Source: Prevotella sp. (GTDB lineage Bacteria > Bacteroidota > Bacteroidia > Bacteroidales > Bacteroidaceae). Taken from it: a DNA stretch of 64,000 nucleotides. Location of the stretch: assembly GCA_017475265.1 (NCBI GenBank), contig JAFVFY010000079.1, positions 14,119 through 78,118 on the forward strand. The letters are read 5' to 3'. Positions 38,201 to 46,561 of the stretch are shown piece by piece (positions within the stretch are counted from its first letter, which is position 1; every line of letters starts with the position of its first letter). Made by a program: the position numbers and the translations under genes. Under the pieces are notes generated by a model. The model was not told the DNA's origin. It saw only the letters and a list, made by a program, of their open reading frames with translations, and searched no databases.

Positions 38201-38355
38201 ATGACGACAATGTAGTTGATGTGGCTGACATCGCGACCATCATTACCGTTATGGCCATAGGCACTTACGATGCCAAAGCCGACGTGAATGATGACAAGGT
38301 GGTGGACGTGGCCGACATTTCAAACGTTATCGACATCATGGCTGGTAAAGAGTAA
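35296..38355 (+). CDS. Multimodular GH13 alpha-amylase: three N-terminal beta modules, catalytic domain, two CBM26-like modules, dockerin
   Basis: MQTFYW, DVVLNHK, GFRLDMVKGY, VGEYWD, FVDNHDT; PYVYAW/PYAWVW modules; dockerin at 38191-38355. Confidence 0.92.
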   Translation: MKRVITIATVLFCLVLTANAWVVSGSGAILNGETWNHTSEKNTMTKQADGTWQLVVSDAVLEVGTTYEWLVTDGTNWIKNGNDNYKLTVSETAKYQITFTLAADEMSAMASQVKTGDAGAITHTYSIAGEPASVFGAEWAEKSTATDMTLGNDGLYRWTKADIELAKNTKIAFKVVVDHSWGESFPSANYPITIEEDAKYDIIITFNASTKAVEGYATKKGDAVIEQNYVIAGSSMELFGAEWDGIAEANKMEKQADGTYAKTYSNVTLPEGTIEWKVVLNGVTWIPDPGDNLTIYVPRDGAYDVIFNYNPDTQTPTSTLMQDGKVIDEKPIVKGEGWPANYGGVMMQTFYWNSFEDTQWRTLTAQADELSKYFDILWLPNSSNCNVANSMGYLPVYWLDHRSSFGARERYLTELIAAYHERGTKVIEDVVLNHKSPLGKDGSYIDFVNESKTVDGVTYELNWSGADICQNDDGGYIKELGWDITGADDTGDDFSGARDLDHTGENVQKNCMTYLDYLLNGLHYDGFRLDMVKGYSPEYTRMYNEHAQPEFCVGEYWDGYDAIMNWVKGTGYTSAAFDFPLKYVFRDAFGSGDWSAFNSKGIAGDPDNCRYAVTFVDNHDTYENEGRLVNGVLGANAVILAMPGTPCIFLKHWQRYPIAIGNMILARKAAGITNQSPITEQQLDEGKGYIIKVQGTTGSVLVLAGNPTYDTTGFTKIASGQNFAYFVSDNVTVEGLQEGNDDEEAKTITVNVQANDAPYVYAWDMSGNPVLDTWPGTKLTEKTTAKDGTEFWTTTFEKVPVNVIFNNGEGVQTADILNITHDSYYTFDPANEDKETNWTDITSSYYTPVVDLPECAKEIPGHFYVYFQANKDYDSPYAWVWGEEGKSFNTVTEWPGDKMVKAGYDKDQHAVWLWDGGELKEGAELPTELLFSNHGSPQTDNFKFVNGGYYDATGFLASVIKTSVKGDTNDDNVVDVADIATIITVMAIGTYDAKADVNDDKVVDVADISNVIDIMAGKE

Positions 38356-38363
38356 CACAGTCA

Positions 38364-38397
38364 CCCCTGGCTCATCCAATAAGGGCTGAGCCAGGGG
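38364..38397 (+). terminator. Intergenic stem-loop (terminator or mRNA-stabilising)
   Basis: CCCCTGGCTCA / TGAGCCAGGGG 11-bp stem without a clean U tract. Confidence 0.6.
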
Positions 38398-38443
38398 AAT
38401 TATTGAAACATCTTTTTATTTTATAACTTAAATTACAACGATT

Positions 38444-39406
38444 ATGAAAAAACTATTACTAACAATGTTCGTGGCCATGATGACCATAACGTCACAGGCC
38501 GCCATCACCGTCTATGTGCAGGCCGAAAAGGCTCCCTACCTCTGGGCTTGGGGAGCTCCAGGAAACATCTTTGCCGACGAGGGATGGCCCGGACACCTAC
38601 TCACCGACAAGAAAACCGTGAAGAACAACGAGACCAGTGAGGACGTAGAGTTCTGGTACTACACCTTCGACGAAAGCATCACGCTCATCAACTACCTCTT
38701 CGATGACGGCGGCAACGAGCTGCATCAGGACGTGAAGCAGACAAAGGACATCAGCGGAGTGACCACCGACCGCTACTTCACCTACGACGGCGCCAGCTCT
38801 TTCGAAGACGTCACCGAGCAGTATGGCGGCGAAATTCCCGACGCCGAGGTAACATCGCTAATCCTCGTGGGCAACCACAACGCCTGGTCGGGCGACGACC
38901 CGTACACCTTCACCGTTTTGGAAGGCGGAAAGACCTTCAAGGGAACCATTACCATTGATCTCACCGACGTGGAGATTCCCGACAACCTCTGGCAGTTCAA
39001 GGTACGCCCCAACGCCCAGGGATGGGTGGGTTACTACGACGATGCCACCATCACGACTCCTGAGTGGTGCTATCAGGCACGCACCGATGGCAACTTCGAG
39101 ATTGACCTCGAGCATGATGCCGTCCTGGCCAACGGCCCGAAGTTCAAAATCGATGCCCAATGGGATGGCGGCAGAGACTATGAGTGGGGATGGAAATTCA
39201 CCTTCGCACTCTCTACCGGCGATGATCCTATTCCTTCTGTTCCCGGCGATGTCAACGGCGACGGTACTGTCGACGTGGCTGACATCTCCGCCATCATCAG
39301 TGTTATGGCTGGTACGGCAACATACCCCGCAGCTGATGTTAACGGTGACAATACAGTGGACGTGGCTGACATCTCAAATGTTATTTCCATCATGGCAGGT
39401 AACTAA
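38444..39406 (+). CDS. Non-catalytic starch-binding (CBM26-like) protein with C-terminal dockerin
   Basis: Signal peptide; VYVQAEKAPYLWAWG; dockerin GDVNGDGTVDVADI...DVNGDNTVDVADI at 39245-39406. Confidence 0.8.
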   Translation: MKKLLLTMFVAMMTITSQAAITVYVQAEKAPYLWAWGAPGNIFADEGWPGHLLTDKKTVKNNETSEDVEFWYYTFDESITLINYLFDDGGNELHQDVKQTKDISGVTTDRYFTYDGASSFEDVTEQYGGEIPDAEVTSLILVGNHNAWSGDDPYTFTVLEGGKTFKGTITIDLTDVEIPDNLWQFKVRPNAQGWVGYYDDATITTPEWCYQARTDGNFEIDLEHDAVLANGPKFKIDAQWDGGRDYEWGWKFTFALSTGDDPIPSVPGDVNGDGTVDVADISAIISVMAGTATYPAADVNGDNTVDVADISNVISIMAGN

Positions 39407-39419
39407 CCATAGACTGACA

Positions 39420-40256
39420 ATGAAAGCAATACAATGTTTCGATGAACTGGTGGGACGCCTCGCGGAGTCCCACCAGCATCGTCGTGTGGCCGTGGTATGT
39501 GCCCGCGACGAAAGTACACGCCAAGCCGTGGCCCGTGCGGAGGAGGCTGGCTTTTGCGAGCCTATCTTCGTTGACGACGATGATGTAGACGTGGCCGCTG
39601 CCAAGGCAGTTAGCCTGGTAAGGGAAGGCAAGGCCGACGTGCTAATGAAAGGCCTGCTCAACACTGACAACCTGGTGAAGGCCATCCTCAACAAGGAGAA
39701 CGGCATACTGCCCAAGGGCAATGTGCTCACCCACATCACCTGCGCCAAGATGCCTCAGTACGACAAGTTACTCTTCCTGACCGATGTGGCCGTCATCCCC
39801 TACCCTACCCTTGAACAGCGTGAGCAACAGCTGCGTTACCTCCTGGCATTATGCAGGAAGATGGGCATCGAAGAACCGAGGGTGGCACTCATCAACTGCT
39901 CGGAAAAGGTGAACGCCAAGCACTTCCCCGTCACCGTGGACTATCGCGACCTGGTAGAACGGTCGCAGAAAGGAGAGTTCGGAACCTGCATCGTCGACGG
40001 CCCACTTGACCTCAAGACGGCTCTTTCACCTCAGGCCTTACATAAGAAAGGCATCCAGTCTCCACTGGAGGGGCGTTCCGACGGACTCATCTTTTCCGAT
40101 ATCCAGGCCGGTAACGTATTCTACAAGTCCATTACGCTCTTCTGCGAAGCGCAGACGGCGGCCATACTGCAAGGGCCACAAGTGCCAGTAGTACTCACCA
40201 GCAGAGCCGATAGTATCGACTCAAAATTCTACAGCCTCGCACTGGCTTGCGTCTGA
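39420..40256 (+). CDS. ptb: Phosphate butyryltransferase / phosphate acyltransferase
   Basis: Real start ATG 39420 (MKAIQCF); LMKGLLNT, VDGPLDL, AGNVFYK, VVLTSRAD. Confidence 0.88.
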   Translation: MKAIQCFDELVGRLAESHQHRRVAVVCARDESTRQAVARAEEAGFCEPIFVDDDDVDVAAAKAVSLVREGKADVLMKGLLNTDNLVKAILNKENGILPKGNVLTHITCAKMPQYDKLLFLTDVAVIPYPTLEQREQQLRYLLALCRKMGIEEPRVALINCSEKVNAKHFPVTVDYRDLVERSQKGEFGTCIVDGPLDLKTALSPQALHKKGIQSPLEGRSDGLIFSDIQAGNVFYKSITLFCEAQTAAILQGPQVPVVLTSRADSIDSKFYSLALACV

Positions 40257-40418
40257 GAAAAGGAAAGGAGGATGAGATAAGTTTTTGTGGGCCAAAATGT
40301 TCAAAAGGGAGGAATTGTTGTCGTATAAAGGAACTACTGGAAATTATAGACAACATTTCTCTCTATTTGTACATCATTATATAAAAAAAAATATAGACCT
40401 TTGCGCCGACAAAAACTA

Positions 40419-41309
40419 ATGCTTATGGCCTACTTAACTAAAAGCGACTCGCCAGGATGCGTTGATTTCGACAATCTCATAGTGGACTATGCAGAAGACG
40501 ACCTGTCTACTCACGACAAGGTGAAGGACATAGCCCGTTTGTATCCTCTTAGGCCCATGAGCAATCTCATTGCATTATGCAGAAGAGGTCAGTTGAGGGT
40601 AAAGAGCAGTGACAGCAACTTTGAGTTTCGCGAAGGCGAAGTATTTATCTGCCCTCCCAACGTTGATTTCGATGATATAAATTTTAGTGACGATTTCGAG
40701 TGTCGGATACTATGTATCTCCGACCACCTTATTCAGGGAGTTCTCCGCAATAAGGCCGATGTGTGGCATCATGCTGTATACATCAACCAGCCCAATATTT
40801 TCAGCATATCGGCCGTGAGCCAAGAGGAGTTCAAGCATTATTATACACTCATACGCTCGAAGCTGACTAACCACGATGACGCATTGCCCAAGGAGATACT
40901 CCTGTCAGTGGTAAGGGCATTCCTTCTTGAATTGTGCCATTATCTGGAGGGCACCCGAAACATAGACCGAGGACAGAAGCTGTCACAGGGGAAGTTGCTC
41001 TTCAACAAGTTCATCAGTCTGCTCTCCAGTAGCGACGTGAAGCGGCAACCCATCACCGTCTATGCCAGTGAGCTGGCCATCACCCCGAAATACCTCACCA
41101 TGCTATGTCTGAAATACAGTAACAAGACGGCATCGGAATGGGTGGCACAATACACCATGGAGGAAATACGCTTCTACCTGAAGAGTTCCAACCTAAGCAT
41201 CAAGGAGATTTCTGCTAAGCTAGGTTTCTCCAACATGTCACACTTCGGTTCATACGTTCGCAAGCGCCTTGGCAGGTCGCCCAGCGAGTATCGGCATGGG
41301 AAATCCTGA
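40419..41309 (+). CDS. AraC-family transcriptional regulator
   Basis: C-terminal double HTH YASELAITPKYL...LSIKEISAKLGFSNMSHFGSYVRKRLGRSPSEYR. Confidence 0.92.
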   Translation: MLMAYLTKSDSPGCVDFDNLIVDYAEDDLSTHDKVKDIARLYPLRPMSNLIALCRRGQLRVKSSDSNFEFREGEVFICPPNVDFDDINFSDDFECRILCISDHLIQGVLRNKADVWHHAVYINQPNIFSISAVSQEEFKHYYTLIRSKLTNHDDALPKEILLSVVRAFLLELCHYLEGTRNIDRGQKLSQGKLLFNKFISLLSSSDVKRQPITVYASELAITPKYLTMLCLKYSNKTASEWVAQYTMEEIRFYLKSSNLSIKEISAKLGFSNMSHFGSYVRKRLGRSPSEYRHGKS

Positions 41310-41390
41310 AGTCCCGAACGATGACTATATTCCCAAAAAATTGAAAACAGTTTCGCTGTTTTCATTTTTTTTATTACCTTTGCCGCCTAA

Positions 41391-43385
41391 ATGAGCGAGA
41401 TACTGTCACCCATATTGGAACTACAGCGGCAGCGTGCCCTCTTGCAGATGGAGTATGAGCACGAGAAAACGGCCTACGAACAGCAAGTCGAGGCCATAGG
41501 TCTTCGTCGCCGTGTGGAGCGTGGCGAGGCGTGGATGCCCGTAAGTGTAGGCCGCAACTACTACAACTCGCTCAACCAGCTTTGCGTAGAAGTGTTCCGT
41601 TCACACACCGCCGATGACGAAGAGGAGGCCGACCACTGTTTCGAGTTTGGAAAGCCGGTGCAGTTCTTCAAATTTGAGAATGGAGATTTGAGATTTGAGA
41701 TTTCAGATATGCAAGCTAAAACCTCAAACCTCAAACCTCAAATCTCAAATCTCTTTCCCGGCACTGTGAGCTTCGTTGACGGCGACCGCATGGTGGTGGC
41801 CGTTCCCGACAACGTCCCACTGGCCGACCTGCAGGTGCAGGAGGGACAACAGTTGGGCGTGCAGCTATTTTTCGACGAAACCACCTACCGCCTGATGTTC
41901 GACGCCTTGGAGCGTACCATGCGGGCTAAGGGACGGCTGGGTTATCTGCGCGACCTTTTCTATACACGGCAGAAGGCCGAGACATTCACTTTCCCCGACA
42001 TGGGCTTCGACTACCTGAACCCTACGCAGGAGCACGCCGTCAACGAGGTGCTCAGGGCGAAAGACGTGGCCGTAGTTCATGGTCCTCCCGGAACGGGCAA
42101 GACGACGACCCTCGTCGAAGCCATCTACGAGACGCTACGCCGCGAGAGTCAAGTGCTTGTCTGCGCGCAGAGCAACATGGCCGTCGACTGGATTTCGGAA
42201 AAGCTTGTTGACCGCGGGCTGAACGTGCTGCGCATCGGCAACCCCTCACGTGTAGACGACAAGATGCTCTCCTTCACCTACGAGCGGCGCTTTGAGGCCC
42301 ACCCCGACTACCCGCAGCTATGGGCCATCCGCAAGGCCATTCGCGAACTGCGTCAACAGCGCAAGCGCAGCGACAACTGGCATCAGAAGATGGACCGGCT
42401 AAAAAGCCGCTCCGTAGAGTTAGAGCTACGCATTAACGCCCAACTCTTCGGCGAGGCGCGTGTCATCGCCTCCACGCTGGCGGGGGCGGCCAACCGTCTG
42501 CTTGATGGTATGAAGTTCGGCACACTCTTCATCGACGAGGCAGCTCAGGCCCTGGAGGCCGCCTGCTGGATTCCCATCCGACGCGCCGGCCGCGTCATCT
42601 TCGCTGGCGACCACTGTCAGCTGCCGCCCACGGTGAAGTGCTACGAGGCCATGAAGGGCGGTCTGGGCCGCACGCTCATGGAACGCATCTGTAGTCAGAA
42701 GCCCGAAGTCGTGACACTACTACGCATGCAGTACCGCATGCACGAGGACATCATGCGCTTCTCTTCCGACTGGTTCTACCATAACCTCATGGTGGCAGCC
42801 CCCGAAGTCAGGAACCGCTCCATACTCGACCTTGATATACCGATAACGTGGGTGGACACCAGTAACTTTGTGGGGAGTGAAAGGGGAGTGAACGGAAGTG
42901 AAGGGGGAGTGAAAGGGACGTTACCTTTTGCAGAAGATGCACTCCAAACATCTCACTTCAACGAGGGTGAGGCCCGCCTCACTATTCTCGCCCTGCAGGC
43001 CTACTACGAGCTGATAGGCCGTGAGCGCATTCTCGAAGAACGTCTCGACGTGGGCATCATCTCACCCTACCGTGCACAGGTACAGCTGCTCCGTCGGCTG
43101 TTGAAAAAGAGTGAGTTCTTCAAACCTTACCGGCGACTCATATCGGTGAACACCGTCGACGGCTTCCAGGGACAGGAGCGCGACATCATCGTCATCTCAC
43201 TCGTACGCTCCAACGACGAGGGGCAGATAGGCTTCCTTCGTGACCTGCGCCGCATGAACGTGGCCATCACACGCGCACGCATGAAACTTATTATATTAGG
43301 CGACCGCGGCACTCTCACCCGTCACCCCTTCTACCGCAAGCTTTGGCAGTACGTGCAGAGCCTGCGGGAAGAAAGAACGGCTTAA
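41391..43385 (+). CDS. Superfamily 1 helicase (Upf1/DNA2-NAM7-like)
   Basis: HGPPGTGKTTT, CAQSNMAVD, IDEAAQ, GDHCQLPP, QYRMH, TVDGFQGQERD, NVAITRAR; two repeat inserts. Confidence 0.93.
   Translation: MSEILSPILELQRQRALLQMEYEHEKTAYEQQVEAIGLRRRVERGEAWMPVSVGRNYYNSLNQLCVEVFRSHTADDEEEADHCFEFGKPVQFFKFENGDLRFEISDMQAKTSNLKPQISNLFPGTVSFVDGDRMVVAVPDNVPLADLQVQEGQQLGVQLFFDETTYRLMFDALERTMRAKGRLGYLRDLFYTRQKAETFTFPDMGFDYLNPTQEHAVNEVLRAKDVAVVHGPPGTGKTTTLVEAIYETLRRESQVLVCAQSNMAVDWISEKLVDRGLNVLRIGNPSRVDDKMLSFTYERRFEAHPDYPQLWAIRKAIRELRQQRKRSDNWHQKMDRLKSRSVELELRINAQLFGEARVIASTLAGAANRLLDGMKFGTLFIDEAAQALEAACWIPIRRAGRVIFAGDHCQLPPTVKCYEAMKGGLGRTLMERICSQKPEVVTLLRMQYRMHEDIMRFSSDWFYHNLMVAAPEVRNRSILDLDIPITWVDTSNFVGSERGVNGSEGGVKGTLPFAEDALQTSHFNEGEARLTILALQAYYELIGRERILEERLDVGIISPYRAQVQLLRRLLKKSEFFKPYRRLISVNTVDGFQGQERDIIVISLVRSNDEGQIGFLRDLRRMNVAITRARMKLIILGDRGTLTRHPFYRKLWQYVQSLREERTA
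41684..41752. repeat. Inverted heptamer arrays (AGATTTG)n ... (CAAATCT/CAAACCT)n, in frame in the helicase
   Basis: gagatttgagatttgagattt ... acctcaaacctcaaacctcaaatctcaaatctc. Confidence 0.88.
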
Positions 43386-43481
43386 AGTCTGAGGCCGTTC
43401 ACACTTTTTCCTGCATCCGCTTTGTCATTTCAGCAAAAATGAGTAATTTTGCGGCCAAATTGAAATAGAAACAAAGACAAC

Positions 43482-45077
43482 ATGAATCAGGAGATAGAAC
43501 GCAGGCGAACGTTTGCAATCATTTCGCACCCCGATGCGGGTAAGACCACACTAACGGAGAAGTTCCTTCTCTTCGGCGGACAGATACAGGTGGCAGGAGC
43601 CGTGAAAAGCAACAAGATAAAAAAAACAGCCACCTCCGACTGGATGGACATCGAGAAGCAGCGCGGCATCTCGGTATCGACGTCGGTCATGGAGTTCGAC
43701 TACACCCCTCCCTCGGAGGGGACGGGGGAGGTTTATAAGGTGAACATCCTTGACACCCCCGGTCACCAAGACTTTGCCGAGGACACTTTCCGTACGCTGA
43801 CCGCCGTCGACTCGGCCATCATCGTGGTTGACGGTGCCAAGGGCGTTGAGACCCAGACGCGCAAGCTGATGACTGTCTGCCGCATGAGGAAGACGCCCGT
43901 CATCATCTTCATCAACAAGATGGACCGTGAGGGCCGCGATCCCTTCGACCTCCTCGACGAACTGGAACAGGAACTCGAAATCAAAGTCCGTCCCCTCTCC
44001 TGGCCCATTAACCAGGGTGCCAAATTCAAGGGCGTGTACAACATCTACGAGCAGAAGCTCGACCTCTTCACCCCCGACAAGCAGCGCGTGACGGAGAAAG
44101 TTAGTGTGGAGTTCGGATCCGTCGAGCTGGACGATAAAGTCGGAGAGCAGGACGCCCAGAAACTCCGCGACGACCTGGAGCTGGTGGAGGGTGTCTACCC
44201 CGAGTTCGACGTGGATACCTACCGTCAGGCCGAAGTCGCTCCTGTATTCTTTGGTTCGGCGCTCAACAACTTCGGCGTTCAAGAACTGCTCAACTGCTTT
44301 GTGGAGATAGCCCCTTCGCCCCGTCCAACGAAAGCCGAGGAGCGCGACGTGCAGCCTGAGGAGCCCAAGTTCACGGGCTTCATCTTCAAAATCACCGCCA
44401 ACATCGACCCCAACCACCGCTCGTGCATCGCCTTCTGCAAGGTGTGCTCCGGCCGTTTCCAGCGCAACCAGCCCTATCTGCATGTGCGTCAGCAGAAGAC
44501 CATGCGCTTCACCTCGCCCACGCAGTTCATGGCCCAGCGTAAGTCGACCATCGACGAGGCCTGGCCGGGCGACATCGTCGGTCTGCCCGACACCGGTGGC
44601 ATCTTCAAGATAGGCGACACGCTGACCGAGGGCGAACTGCTCCACTTCCGCGGACTGCCCTCCTTCTCGCCCGAGCTGTTCAAGTACATCGAGAACGATG
44701 ACCCCATGAAGGCCAAGCAACTACAGAAGGGCATCGACCAGCTCATGGACGAGGGCGTGGCCCAGTTGTTCGTCAACCAGTTCAATAACCGCAAAATCAT
44801 CGGCACCGTCGGCCAGCTGCAGTTCGAGGTTATCCAGTACCGCCTGGAGAACGAGTACAATGCGAAGTGCCGTTGGGAACCCGTCCACCTCTACAAGGCC
44901 TGCTGGATTTCCAGCGATGACGAGGAGGAACTCAACTCCTTCAAGAAACGCAAGTACCAGTACATGGCCAAGGACAAGGAAGGTCGCGACGTGTTTCTCG
45001 CCGACAGCGGTTACATGTTGCAGATGGCACAGCAGGACTTCAAGCACATACAGTTCCACTTCACCAGCGAATACTAG
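43482..45077 (+). CDS. prfC: Peptide chain release factor 3
   Basis: [42 protein letters not shown]. Confidence 0.97.
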   Translation: MNQEIERRRTFAIISHPDAGKTTLTEKFLLFGGQIQVAGAVKSNKIKKTATSDWMDIEKQRGISVSTSVMEFDYTPPSEGTGEVYKVNILDTPGHQDFAEDTFRTLTAVDSAIIVVDGAKGVETQTRKLMTVCRMRKTPVIIFINKMDREGRDPFDLLDELEQELEIKVRPLSWPINQGAKFKGVYNIYEQKLDLFTPDKQRVTEKVSVEFGSVELDDKVGEQDAQKLRDDLELVEGVYPEFDVDTYRQAEVAPVFFGSALNNFGVQELLNCFVEIAPSPRPTKAEERDVQPEEPKFTGFIFKITANIDPNHRSCIAFCKVCSGRFQRNQPYLHVRQQKTMRFTSPTQFMAQRKSTIDEAWPGDIVGLPDTGGIFKIGDTLTEGELLHFRGLPSFSPELFKYIENDDPMKAKQLQKGIDQLMDEGVAQLFVNQFNNRKIIGTVGQLQFEVIQYRLENEYNAKCRWEPVHLYKACWISSDDEEELNSFKKRKYQYMAKDKEGRDVFLADSGYMLQMAQQDFKHIQFHFTSEY

Positions 45078-45086
45078 CTATTGCTC

Positions 45087-45131
45087 CTATAGAGACTATA
45101 GAGACTATAGTAACTATAGCAACAATAGCCT
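45087..45131. repeat. CTATAG-core 9-mer repeat downstream of prfC
   Basis: ctatagaga ctatagaga ctatagtaa ctatagcaa caatagcct. Confidence 0.88.
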
Positions 45132-45255
45132 CTATCCCTCCAAAAGAGGAAAAATAGCGGCCAGCCAAAACTTTTCTGCAAAAATGTTTGGTGGTTTCAG
45201 GGAATTTACTTAACTTTGCCGCGTAAACATAGAATTAACTTTAAATTTAATCATT

Positions 45256-45756
45256 ATGCAAAGAAAACTATTAGTTTCCGCGCTGCTCTTGCTGTTGGCC
45301 TTTGTCGGGGCAAGGGCGCAGACTGACGAGCAGAAATCGCTGTGTGCTGTGGTTGAGCAGACCGATGGCACAACAACGGAGTATATGCTCAATGAACTGC
45401 CACAAATCACCTATGGTTCCAATGTTGTGAAACTCGCCACGAGCTTCACAACTGTAGAGCTACAGTCCTCGAAAGTGGCCCGTATCTATATGGCAGAGAA
45501 AGGCTCTGCGCAGGGAATAAAAGCCACGAAATCATCACAGGCAGTTGCACATGTGGATGTCACCCCAACTGCCGTTACTGTCACGGGGCTTGAGCCGGGC
45601 AGTGATGCCGCTCTTTACACTGCCGACGGACGTTGTCTGAAAGCCACTACCGCCGCATCCGACGGTACTCTCTCACTGCCCATGCCGACAAAATCGCAAG
45701 GTGTCCTTATCGTAAAAACAAAGAATCAATCATTTAAAATCATCAATAAACAATGA
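45256..45756 (+). CDS. Small secreted protein with a T9SS type A-like C-terminal domain
   Basis: Signal peptide; ALYTADGRCLK...QGVLIVKTKNQSFKIINK. Confidence 0.75.
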   Translation: MQRKLLVSALLLLLAFVGARAQTDEQKSLCAVVEQTDGTTTEYMLNELPQITYGSNVVKLATSFTTVELQSSKVARIYMAEKGSAQGIKATKSSQAVAHVDVTPTAVTVTGLEPGSDAALYTADGRCLKATTAASDGTLSLPMPTKSQGVLIVKTKNQSFKIINKQ

Positions 45757-46478
45757 AAAAGTTATTTACCCTTATAGCTGCCGCCATGCTGTGCGTGGGA
45801 GCGCAGGCACAGTCAGTAAACATTCACTTAACGAACGGAAAATCTATCGGTTTTTCCGGCAGTGAGGTTCAGTATGTAGATTTTAACGAGACCAATGCCG
45901 CTTCATCAGGTACTTTCTGGATCAAATTCAAGGGGTGTTCTGTTTATTGGGCTAGTAGAAACGTCGGAGCTGAGAACGATTACGACTTCGGTAAATTTTT
46001 CACATGGGGAGAAGCAGATGGTTTCTTTCCGATATCATACGATGGAGATTACAATTTCTACCCTCAAAATCGTGAATTTAAAGAGCAGAATATAACTTCA
46101 TTTGCAGATGGTGCCCAGAAAAACTGGGGTAATCCCTGGACTGTGCCATCAGTAAAGGACGTTAATGATCTGTTAGACAACACCCAAAGTTATTGGACTA
46201 CTTATCAAAACACTGGCATTACTGGTAGGTGGTTTGTCGGAACAAATGCAGAAACGAACAAGCCTGATTCTATTTTCTTCCCTGCTGCATCCCAGTTGAT
46301 TTATGACAAATGGACGGAAGTAGGAAGATTTGGATGCTACTGGGCTAAAGATCAGGCAGACAAGGAACATGGCGGTGGTTTATTCTTTGGCACTGAACCA
46401 GATAATTCATATAGGATTTATAATGCTGAACTTAAGTGGCATGGACTGCCTATACGTGCCGTCCGCAGTACAAAATAA
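45753..46478 (+). CDS. Secreted protein with a C-type-lectin-fold-like (DUF1566/FSMP-like) domain
   Basis: Signal peptide; YWASRNVGA, FTWGE, SIFFPAA, GCYW...GLPIRAVR; overlaps the upstream stop. Confidence 0.65.
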   Translation: MKKLFTLIAAAMLCVGAQAQSVNIHLTNGKSIGFSGSEVQYVDFNETNAASSGTFWIKFKGCSVYWASRNVGAENDYDFGKFFTWGEADGFFPISYDGDYNFYPQNREFKEQNITSFADGAQKNWGNPWTVPSVKDVNDLLDNTQSYWTTYQNTGITGRWFVGTNAETNKPDSIFFPAASQLIYDKWTEVGRFGCYWAKDQADKEHGGGLFFGTEPDNSYRIYNAELKWHGLPIRAVRSTK

Positions 46479-46561
46479 CATTCCTGTCTCATGCGAAACA
46501 CTCGGGCGAATCGCTTTGCGATTCGCCTGATTTTTGCCAATAAAATAATGAATACACCGAA

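Noticed and set aside
38955-39419. N-terminal extension of the 433-aa ORF
   Set aside because: It is an alternate frame over the dockerin gene; PTB homology starts at ATG 39420.
39420-40256. ptb without an adjacent butyrate kinase as a novelty
   Set aside because: The partner may simply lie elsewhere in the genome; uninformative from one window.
45753-46478. Diversity-generating retroelement target (CLec-like C-terminus)
   Set aside because: No reverse transcriptase and no template-repeat copy of the 3' end were seen in this window; a remote DGR cannot be excluded.
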